Source: an uncultured Gemmatimonadales bacterium
Lineage (GTDB): Bacteria > Gemmatimonadota > Gemmatimonadetes > Gemmatimonadales > GWC2-71-9
DNA length: 64,000 nucleotides
Reading direction: 5' to 3'
NCBI GenBank assembly: GCA_963709905.1
Contig: CAVPYI010000010.1
Span: forward strand, 8,028-72,027
Each line of letters starts with the position of its first letter. The stretch's first letter is position 1. The position numbers and the translations under genes are program-made. Positions 55,779 to 64,000 of the stretch are shown one piece after another. Under the pieces are notes generated by a model. That model saw nothing but the letters and a program-made list of their open reading frames with translations, was not told where the DNA came from and made no database searches.

Positions 55779-57323
55779 ATGACCGCTCGACTCCCAATGC
55801 TCCTGTGCCTCGCCATGACCGGGGCACTCGCCTGCGGGACCCCAGTCTTCCATCCGCTGGTGCTTCCCGACAAGGTGGCCCCCCAGCAGGATCTCACCGC
55901 GGCGCCCCTCAAGGTCCACCTCCTGGCGGGCGGGCTCTATTTGCTGACCAGTTGGCAAGAGGAAGGAGACTCCATGCTGGTCGGGAGCGGCGATCGATAC
56001 GATCCCCGACGGGAATTGCTCTCTTCTGGTCCCGCGCGGATCCCAGTCGACTCGATCGTGCTCCTGGAGACATCCAGCCGCACCATGGCGCGGCCGATTG
56101 GACTCACGCTGCTCCCCGTCTGGACGACGATGGTCGGCCTTGTCACGGCCATGTGCGTCGTCGATCCCAAGTCATGCTTCGGCTCATGCCCGACGTTCTA
56201 TGCGGATGAGACTGCCTCGCGGCCGTTGGCGGAGGGGTTCTCCGCCAGTATCGCGCGGTCGATGGAAGCTCGCGATGTGGACGAGCTCCCCGGGGTCGGG
56301 GCGCGGCAGGGTACCGTCCGGCTCGTGATGCGGAACGAGGCCCTCGAGACGCATGCTGTCCGGTCCCTTGAACTATTGGCCCTGCCCCGGGAAGGGGGGC
56401 AGGTGTTCGCCGCTCCCGATGGTCGGTTCTTCCGCGGGACTGACGTCGCCCCGCCCAGGGAATGCCGGAGCCGGGATGGGGATTGCCTGGCGGCGGTTCG
56501 CGAGCGGGGCGGCCCGGAGTACCGGACCGTCAGCGACTCCACCGACCTCGGGGCGATGGAATCGATCGAATTGAGTTTCCCCGCCGCGCGGGGCACCACC
56601 GCGGGCCTGGTGCTTGGGGCCCGGCAGGGCTTCGTCAGCACCTACCTGCTCTACCAGACCATGGCCTATGCCGGCAGTAGTGCCGCCGACTGGCTCCTGG
56701 CACTGGAACGGGGTGGGAGCCGGGCGGTTGGTGCCGGATTCGAGACGATGGATCTCATCGGGACAATCGGGATCGAGGTTCAGGTGGGCGGTGAGTGGAC
56801 CCCGGTCAGTCGATTCGGAGAGCCCGGGCCACTTGCCACCGATGTGCAGGTCATCCCCCTGCCCACGGCCACATCTGATGGGCCGATCAACGTTCGGCTC
56901 ACGATGGCACGCGGCGCATGGCGGCTCGACTACGCCGGAATGAGCGAGCTGGGCCCCGAAGTGGAGCCGATCCCCGTGGCACCCAGCCGGGTCCTGCGCG
57001 AGGGCGCCCCGGATGAGTTGGCGCTTCGACGCCTGCGCGATCCCGCCCGTCACCTGGTGACCTATCCGGGCGACCGGTACCTGATTGAATGGCAGCTCCC
57101 CGAGCAACTCGAGGATGCGGCGTTCTTCCTGGCAAGCACCGGGTACTACTACGAGTGGATGCGCCCCGAGTGGATACGGGAGGAGAATCCGGCCATGATG
57201 ATGCTGCTGGCGACCAACCCCCGTGAGGCACTCCGCCGGATGGCACCGGGGTTCAAGGCCCTGGAGCCGAGGATTGACTCCCTGTTCTGGTCCAGCCGTT
57301 TCGAGGGAGGGAAGCAGCCATGA
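55779..57323 (+). CDS. uncharacterised lipoprotein with a Cys-cluster/SCP motif
   Basis: Lipobox ALAC; CVVDPKSCFGSCPTFY; GYYYEW. Confidence 0.75.
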   Translation: MTARLPMLLCLAMTGALACGTPVFHPLVLPDKVAPQQDLTAAPLKVHLLAGGLYLLTSWQEEGDSMLVGSGDRYDPRRELLSSGPARIPVDSIVLLETSSRTMARPIGLTLLPVWTTMVGLVTAMCVVDPKSCFGSCPTFYADETASRPLAEGFSASIARSMEARDVDELPGVGARQGTVRLVMRNEALETHAVRSLELLALPREGGQVFAAPDGRFFRGTDVAPPRECRSRDGDCLAAVRERGGPEYRTVSDSTDLGAMESIELSFPAARGTTAGLVLGARQGFVSTYLLYQTMAYAGSSAADWLLALERGGSRAVGAGFETMDLIGTIGIEVQVGGEWTPVSRFGEPGPLATDVQVIPLPTATSDGPINVRLTMARGAWRLDYAGMSELGPEVEPIPVAPSRVLREGAPDELALRRLRDPARHLVTYPGDRYLIEWQLPEQLEDAAFFLASTGYYYEWMRPEWIREENPAMMMLLATNPREALRRMAPGFKALEPRIDSLFWSSRFEGGKQP

Positions 57324-57853
57324 GAACGCGCACTGCCGGATGGACCGTCCTGATGATCCTGGCGGCCGCCCCGCTCGCGGCCCAGCCGATCGGGGGCCAC
57401 CAGGTGGTCGTCAAGCGGCGGTCCAGTGTGGGGACGATGGCCGGCGAGTTGCTGGCGGTCACGATCGACAGCCTCTGGGTGATCAACCGCGGCGGCCAGA
57501 CGATGAACGCAGCGATGGCCGACATCGGACGCATCCTCGTCCAACGCTACGATCGCAAGCCCGCACGGGCCCTGCAGGTCGGCCTTGGGGTAGGTTTCGT
57601 GGCCGGCCTGGCCCTGACGGCGGCCTGCAGTTCGGTGGAGGGCTCGAGCTGCGGCGGGGTGTTGGTGGCTGGTCTTGTCTCCGGCACCGTGTTCGGGGGG
57701 CTCTCTGCCCTGTCGATCCAGGCCGGCCGCTACCGGGAAATCCCCGCCGGGGGGGCGGCGCCATATGCCCGATTCCCTCAGGGCCCGCCGCCGAACGTAG
57801 ACCTGGGCAGGCTCGGACTCCCTCCCGTGGGTGGCCGCTCCGGACCACCCTGA
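57320..57853 (+). CDS. hypothetical exported protein with C-terminal helical hairpin
   Basis: ATGA overlap with the previous gene; signal peptide; two Gly-rich TM helices linked by C-x6-C. Confidence 0.7.
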   Translation: MRTRTAGWTVLMILAAAPLAAQPIGGHQVVVKRRSSVGTMAGELLAVTIDSLWVINRGGQTMNAAMADIGRILVQRYDRKPARALQVGLGVGFVAGLALTAACSSVEGSSCGGVLVAGLVSGTVFGGLSALSIQAGRYREIPAGGAAPYARFPQGPPPNVDLGRLGLPPVGGRSGPP

Positions 57854-58058
57854 CGCTTGTGCGGCCGGCAATCCAACAGTCTGTCCTGAACCTTCGGTCC
57901 TGCGCAGCGGGGCAACCCTCTTGCCCCACCTGCTCCCCTGCCGTTCCCCGGCTGGCGGGGGGCATCTGCATGCTCTAGCTTCCGCCCAGTGTGTTGGCGG
58001 AGGGTTCCGCAGCCCTGCCAGGAGTGCCGGCATGCTCCACCCCCTGAGAAGGTGAACG

Positions 58059-60332
58059 ATGATGCTCCGTTCCCTGTCCACCGCCTGCGCGCTTGCGCTC
58101 GTCGCGAGCGTGCTCCCCGCCCAGTCAGCCCCAACCATCGCCCAGTTCATGTCGCCCGCCTCGCCGCTCACCCTGGTCTCGGCCCGCAAGGCCGATCGGC
58201 TGGCGTGGATGGTCTACGATCGCGGCATGCGCAACGTCTATACGGCGGCGGCGCCCGACTTCAAGCCGGTCCGGCTGACCAGCTTCCTGGAGGACGACGG
58301 CACCGACCTGACCGACGTCGACGATTTCCGACGACGGCTCGGTGGTGGTCTTCGTCCGCGGCTCGGCGCCCAACCGGTACGGCTGGGTGGCCAATCCGTC
58401 GCAGAATCCCGGACGGGGCGGAGCGCGCCATCTGGGCGGTGCGCACCTCGGGAGGCGCGGCGTGGCGCGTCGCCGAGGGAGCGTCACCGGAGCTCTCGCC
58501 CGATGGCCGGCATGTGCTCTACGTGCGCGATGGCCAGATCTACCGAGCGAGTGTGCTGCGGAGTGGGCCGGTGGCAGCGATGGACTCGGGGGCGGTCCCA
58601 TTCATCCGTGCCTGGGGGCGGAACGGATCCCCAAGATGGTCGCCCGACGGGCGGAAGATCGCCTTCGTGAGCGACCGGGAGAATCACTCGTACGTGGCGG
58701 TGTATGATGTCGCCACGCGCAAGATGATCTATGCCTCGCCCGGTGTCGATTGCGATGGCGGCCCGACCTGGTCGCCGGATGGCAAGGAGCTGGCCTTTCA
58801 TCGCCGACCGGGCACGCCGTTCGGACGGCAGGCCCAGGTCGGCACCGGCGGCATCGGCAACCCCGGTGGGGCCGCGGCCAACCCCAACGCGGCGCGACCG
58901 GCGGGCAACCCCGCGGGCGGGTGCGGCGGTGGGGGCTTTGGCGGGTTCGGCGGGGGTGGAGGTGGTGGTGGTGGCGACCGGGAATATGCGCAGCTCGCCG
59001 GGCTTCTACACGAGCACCCTTCCCGGCGGCCACACGCTCTCGCTGATGATCGCGGATGCGGCCACCGGCGAGGCCCGCGAGTTCTGGCACAACGCCCCGG
59101 GCGACACCCTCTTCACCAGCGCCAACAACATGGTCTGGGCGGGAGAGAACGTGGTCTTCCCGGTCGCCGTGCCCGGTGACGAGTGGGACCGCTGGTACTC
59201 GGTGAGCCTCAAGGGTGGCGCACCGGTCCGCCTGACCACGACCGATGGCCTGATCGAGAATGCCACTTCGGTGGCGTTCTCGCACGACGGCGGCCGGACC
59301 CTCTTCTACTGCACCAACGCCAGCGACATCGAGCGCCGCCACATCTGGATGGTGCCCACCGCTGGCGGCACGCCGAGGCGAATCTCGATGGGGGACGGGA
59401 TCGAGACCTACCCGCAGCCGCTCGCCTCCGGCAGGCAGGTGGCGGTGATCTACATCGACGCCAGGACTCCGGCTTCGATCGCGCTCGTCCCCACCGACGG
59501 CGGTGCACCGAAGGTGATCTACCCGACTCTGGCGGCCGACTTCCCGACCGAGGCGCACGTGGTGCCGGAGGTGGTGCACACCACCGCGGCCGACGGGCTC
59601 GACATCAGCAACACGCTGTTCCTGCCGAAGGACCTCAGGCCGGGCGAGAAGCGGCCGGCGATCGTCTTCGTGCACGGCGGCCCGATGCGGCAGATGCTGC
59701 CCGGCTATCACTACATGCAGTTCTACCACTGGTCGTACGCCGTCAACCAGTGGCTCGCCAGCCAGGGGTATGTGGTGCTGTCGATCAACTACCGGAGTGG
59801 CGTCGGCTACGGCAACAGCTTCCGGCGGGCGCCGAACACCCAGGGACGCGGCAACTCCGAGTATCAGGACGTGGTGGCCGGTGCCAAGTACCTGCAGGGA
59901 CGAGCCGATGTGGATCCGGCGCGGATCGGCATCTGGGGGCTGTCGTACGGTGGCCTGCTGACCGCGGAGGCGCTGGCGCGCAACTCCGACATCTTCGTCG
60001 CGGGGGCGGACCTGGCCGGCGTGCACATGTACGGCAACGTGATCGACTCCACCAACCTCGCCTTCAAGTCCTCGGCGATCGGCGCGATCGACGGCTGGAA
60101 GTCGCCGGTCTTCCTGGTGCACGGCGATGACGACCGCAACGTGGACTTTGCGCAGACGGTGGGGCTGGTGCAGCTGCTCCGCGCGCGGGACGTGTACTAC
60201 GAGCTGATGGTCGTCCCGGACGACCTGCACGAGTCGATGATCCACGCGACCTGGATCGACACCTTCGACCGGATGGGGACCTTCCTGCGGCGGTTCGTCT
60301 GGGAGAAGGAGACACCACCCGTGATGCGGTAG
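58059..60332 (+). CDS. S9 prolyl oligopeptidase/dipeptidyl-peptidase family protein (frameshifted)
   Basis: WSPDG repeats, VHGGP, GLSYGG, VHGDDDRNV, DDLHE. Confidence 0.9.
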
Positions 60333-60422
60333 GGGCGGGCGGGAAGGGCGGATAGGGCGGATAGGGCGGACCGCGAAGGCAATCGATCCTGCCGGGGCCG
60401 GACGTGTCCGGCCCTATCTGCC
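60333..60422. repeat. 9-mer repeat (GGCGGATAG) with a downstream inverted copy
   Basis: gggcggatagggcggatagggcggac, then gtccggccctatctgcc at 60406-60422. Confidence 0.65.
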
Positions 60423-60442
60423 AGATGCCCGCAGCACACCGC

Positions 60443-60481
60443 GTCATCCCGAATCCCTCGCGCAGCGAGGGTGAGGGATCT
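60443..60481. repeat. REP-like palindrome (GTCATCCCG...GGGATCT type)
   Basis: gtcatcccgaatccctcgcgcagcgagggtgagggatct, a nested inverted repeat. Confidence 0.6.
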
Positions 60482-60532
60482 TGCCGATCAAGAGCGGGGC
60501 TCCGCGTGGGTCCGCCCAGAGCAGGATCAGCA

Positions 60533-60563
60533 CCCACCGGCCGAATTCATTCGGCTCGGTGGG
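60533..60563. repeat. REP-like palindrome
   Basis: cccaccggccgaat-tc-attcggctcggtggg. Confidence 0.6.
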
Positions 60564-60626
60564 CGGCTCATGGCAGGGGGTGGGATCCGCAGCTGAAACC
60601 GCAGCCATGTCCCGAGATTCTATGGT

Positions 60627-61580
60627 TTATGTCAAGGCCACCGCGACCCGCTCCGGATTGAACTCGGTGTTGTTGTGGTAGATCGCGAAGGCGATGCGCG
60701 CGATCTTGCGGGCCCGGATGACCAAGGCAGCGGTGGAGCTCCAGCCCCGCGCCCGGTAGTGTGCGTACACCGGCTTCCAGGTCGCGGTCTTCGCCCCGGA
60801 CATGGCGGCATTGTACAGCAGGCGGCGCAGTTCCGCGGGCCCGCGCTTGGAGAGCCGCCGCCGCCCGACCTTCTGGCCCGAGTCATAGGGCCGCGGATCC
60901 AGCCCGGTGTGGGCGATAAACGCCTCGGCACTCCGAAACGGGATGCGACTCAAGGTGTTGGCCAGGCTGGTGCTGACCAGCGGGCCCACGCCCACGATGG
61001 TTTGCAGGCGCTGCTGGTGCTCGCGCTGCCCCTCGGTGGCCTGCATCCGCTCGTGCAGCTGCTGGTCGATCCGGGCGAGCACGGCCGCCAGGCTCTCGAG
61101 GCTCGCCTGCAGTTCCGCCCGACACTCCGGGAGATCGGCACCGGTGGCGCGCAGCGCCCCGCGCAGGGCCACGATGCGGGCGCGGCGGCGGAGCAGCCGG
61201 TCGATGGCGCGCTGCGCCGGCGAGGCTGGGACATAGGCATGGAGGCCGCCGTGCTCCTTGGCCACGTACCGGGCCAAGACTTCGGCATCGACCCGATCCG
61301 TCTTGCCCCGGCGGCCCAGGCTTCGCGCATAGTAGCGGGTGTCCCTGGGGTTGAGGACGTAGACCGTGAAGCCCTGCGCGTGGGCCAGATCGGCCAGGAG
61401 CTCATGGTAGCGGCCGGTGGCCTCGACGCCGATCCGGCTGCCCTGGGGCAGGGTGGCGAGCCAGGCGCGCAGTGCACGGCGTTGGTTGGCCAGTTGCCGG
61501 GGGGCAAAATGCCCGGCGGCACAGGCCACCAGGACGGTGTCCTTGGCGACGTCGACCCCGATATCCCACGGTGTTTGCAT
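60627..61580 (-). CDS. IS110-family transposase/recombinase
   Basis: DEDD residues in IGVDVAK, GVEATG, KTDRVDA; catalytic-serine loop GLDPRPYDSG; RLSKRG; ggagg RBS. Confidence 0.95.
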   Translation of the reverse strand: MQTPWDIGVDVAKDTVLVACAAGHFAPRQLANQRRALRAWLATLPQGSRIGVEATGRYHELLADLAHAQGFTVYVLNPRDTRYYARSLGRRGKTDRVDAEVLARYVAKEHGGLHAYVPASPAQRAIDRLLRRRARIVALRGALRATGADLPECRAELQASLESLAAVLARIDQQLHERMQATEGQREHQQRLQTIVGVGPLVSTSLANTLSRIPFRSAEAFIAHTGLDPRPYDSGQKVGRRRLSKRGPAELRRLLYNAAMSGAKTATWKPVYAHYRARGWSSTAALVIRARKIARIAFAIYHNNTEFNPERVAVALT

Positions 61581-61610
61581 CACGAATCCTCCCAGCGTAG
61601 GTTGACACGA

Positions 61611-61762
61611 GCTGGGGTGGAACCGCACCGGCGTGAGCTTGTGATCCATCGGCGGTACCGAGCCGCTCGATTCCTTATCGACGCTCAGGTGCGGGGGGAG
61701 GAAGTCTCAGGAGGTCTGTCCACTCGCGTGGCAGATGCGCAGCGATGTCCCTCCACCCCAGC
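61611..61762 (-). ncRNA. candidate IS110 bridge/seek RNA
   Basis: Non-coding end closed by a perfect 11-bp inverted repeat gctggggtgga (61611-61621) / tccaccccagc (61752-61762). Position matches the IS110-group ncRNA. Confidence 0.55.
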
Positions 61763-61879
61763 ACCCTCTATTCTCGCCTGAATGCCTGCCCCAGACCATG
61801 CAAACGCAGCGAGGGATCGGCCAGGGAACTGTCGCTGAAGCGACACCCCATCGCGGAGCTCTGCGTGTGGGCCCGCCGG

Positions 61880-62120
61880 CCGTGCTCCATCTGGTCAAGA
61901 CGCGGGCCTCCCAGGTCAACCGCTGCGCCTGCTGCGTCGAGATGCACCCGAAGGACACCTGGGCCGGTGGGGAGACGGGGTAGCGACTCTACGCGCCGGC
62001 CGCCTGGCGAGAGACGCCATTCTTCACGGAGCGGGAGCGTGCCGCGCTGGCCTGGACGGAGGCGATCACCCGCATCAGCCACGGGTCGGTCCCGGACGCG
62101 CTGTACGAGGCGGCCGGCGC
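61880..62120 (+). pseudogene. AhpD/carboxymuconolactone decarboxylase-family pseudogene
   Basis: LVKTRASQVNRCACCVEMH..GETG*RLY..AWRETPFFTERERAALAWTEAIT; in-frame TAG at 61981; both ends lost. Confidence 0.8.
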
Positions 62121-62375
62121 CACGCAGGGGACCGGGAGTACAGCATGATCTGATCGAAACGGGCATCCGAGCCGATGGTTGCGAACATCGTGGGAGCACC
62201 TCATCTTTTCCCGCAACGATCGCGTCGACGAGCCCTTGGTGGTCGCTACCGGTTGCACCGCGGGGCGCCGCCGCCGACAGAGGGTTCGCGGATTGACCCC
62301 CCGCCTTCACCTTCGGCCTGTTACAGGCTGACCCGATGGCAAACGACTATCGTCCAGGCTTTGGAGGAGGTCCTC

Positions 62376-62897
62376 ATGACGCCAGCAGCACGTACCGCCC
62401 GGGACGGGTTCGTGGTCGGGCTGATCGCCTACTTCGCCGTCGCAGGGTTCTATGTGTTCTTCGATATGTTCGCGGCGCGCGGCGCGCTGTACACCCTGAA
62501 TCTTCTCGGTAGGGCGATCTTCAGGGGGCTGCGCGACCCGGCCGTCCTTCAACTGCCGCTTCAACTCGATTATTGGGCAATGGCCCTGTACAACGGCTTG
62601 CATCTCGCGATCTCCCTCGGCATCGGCTGGATCGTCGCCTGGCTTGCCGCCCAGGCGGAACGACGGCCAGAGCGCGCACGCCTGGCCGGAATCGTGATCG
62701 TCATGGGGTTCTTCATTACGATTCTCGCGGTGGGACTGCTCGCCGCTCCGATTCGACTGCTCCTGCCCTGGTGGTCCATCATCGTGGCCAACTCGCTCGC
62801 CGTGCTCCTTGCTGGCTGGTACCTCATCGGGAGACATCCAGTCGTCTGGCGCCGTCTGCTTCCCTTCCGTGCCGGACCACTGGTGCAGGGGCACTAG
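62376..62897 (+). CDS. hypothetical 4-TM membrane protein
   Basis: ggaggagg RBS; four hydrophobic segments; YNGLH motif. Confidence 0.75.
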   Translation: MTPAARTARDGFVVGLIAYFAVAGFYVFFDMFAARGALYTLNLLGRAIFRGLRDPAVLQLPLQLDYWAMALYNGLHLAISLGIGWIVAWLAAQAERRPERARLAGIVIVMGFFITILAVGLLAAPIRLLLPWWSIIVANSLAVLLAGWYLIGRHPVVWRRLLPFRAGPLVQGH

Positions 62898-63595
62898 CGC
62901 GGGGCGTGCGGGACGGGGACATCCAGATCTGCGGGGCCGAGCAGAAGCACAGTTCGTCCAGGTTGCTCGATAGACACCTCTACCAGAGACGCTGATGACC
63001 TGCCAAGACAAGATCTAGCCTGTCCAGTTTCCCGTGGGGGTTGCACTTCGAGGATTGAAGCCCGAGGAGCTGAAAGGGCCATGACCACTGCATCCTCCGG
63101 GGTGACCGGCAAGTCATCCACCATGGGAGCAGGACTATGACCCTTGAAGAGAAGGGAGTGCTCGTACGCCGCCATGTCATCCAGCGAGCTGCCGCCGGGA
63201 TCGCGGTCCCCCGGGCCCACGCCCTCCGGCGGTAGGTTTGCCTGGCGTAAGTCATCCTCGGCGTTGTCGTGACCCGGGCCAGCGTGCGGCTCGCCACGAT
63301 GGCCCAGGTGTCGGTGATTCCGGCTCTTGCGTTGCGCGATGACCGGGCGGTAGCCACCATCCGGACTCAGGCTGCGCCGCAGCTCGCGGCTGATCCTGCT
63401 GGGCAAGCGTTGGAGGTGGTGGCCGATGGCCGCATCGACCAGCCGGCTTGGCGGCCGAGGGCAATCGCCTACTTTCCTCCGGGGTGATCTGGCGGTAGGA
63501 TATGACAGGCTTCGTTCTCTTGGGCGAGATCCGAAGTTCACCCACCCGTCAGGGGCGTGGAGACCGCCGAGGGGCGATCATGAAGGTTGCGGCCG

Positions 63596-63994
63596 TCAGC
63601 GTCCGCCAGTCAGGGCGGTGATCGAGGTCTTGTGGAGAAAGCGGTCGACCGCCAGCGACAGCTGATGGCATCGATGGCACGAAGGGCTGGATTCACGATG
63701 GGGACACTTGCCGTCACTCAGCATGCAATCACTCGAGCCGATGGTCTCGACGGATTCGAGCACATCCGCCAGACTGAGGCTGTGTGGAGAGCGGCGGAGC
63801 CGATCCGCCGCGGGGACCGCGCGTGAGTCGAGGATCCCGGCCTTCGCCAGCGTGTGCAGGATCTTGGTCAGGTAGTTCTTCGGCATCCCGGTGGCACGGG
63901 CGATCCGCGCGGCCGTGAAATTGCGCTCCGTGCGTCCCTGCACTTCGGCCAGATAGGCGACGGCGCGGATGGCGTACTGGCCGGTGTGCGTCAA
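63596..63994 (-). CDS. Rrf2-family transcriptional regulator (start may lie beyond the window edge)
   Basis: QYAIRAVAYLA, YLTKILHTLAKAGIL, TRGPRGG (shifted frame), C-terminal Cys cluster. Confidence 0.85.
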   Translation of the reverse strand: MTHTGQYAIRAVAYLAEVQGRTERNFTAARIARATGMPKNYLTKILHTLAKAGILDSRAVPAADRLRRSPHSLSLADVLESVETIGSSDCMLSDGKCPHRESSPSCHRCHQLSLAVDRFLHKTSITALTGGR

Positions 63995-64000
63995 CCCGCA

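Larger units (their letters stand above)
60614..61780 (-). mobile_element. IS110-family insertion sequence (ends approximate)
   Basis: Transposase, a very short downstream end containing TTGACA..ATAGAATCT, a roughly 200-nt upstream non-coding end, and no terminal inverted repeats seen. Confidence 0.8.

Noticed and set aside
62898-63595. Coding region or ncRNA between the membrane gene and Rrf2
   Set aside because: Several short ORFs, none with recognisable motifs or a convincing start. Left unannotated.

Overview
High-GC bacterial DNA. Gene content and style suggest Gemmatimonadota (inference). Many conserved genes carry 1-2 bp frameshifts, most likely long-read errors. From left to right: (1) the decayed C-terminus of an integron integrase, followed on the same strand by unrelated cassette-like genes separated by degenerate attC-like hairpins (about 0-7.6 kb); (2) a hutU-hutI-Tat amidase-ureohydrolase-DUF5916 run; (3) a long peptide/amino-acid scavenging region (DUF5916 outer-membrane protein, M14, S41 and S9 peptidases, serine hydrolases, SusC/SusD, gdhA, tnaA, sodium:solute symporter) with prfC and a Ser/Thr kinase; (4) a lipoprotein nirK divergent from a diheme cytochrome c; (5) an orphan PqqD/RRE gene with a leader-like tail next to a His-motif membrane protein; (6) an intact IS110 transposase beside a mosaic of REP-like palindromes, with a structured upstream non-coding end (bridge-RNA candidate) that contains a 13/14-nt match to the DNA flanking the other end; (7) an AhpD-like pseudogene and an Rrf2 regulator. 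I recognised no rRNA, tRNA or CRISPR array. All family calls come from motif recognition by eye, not database searches.
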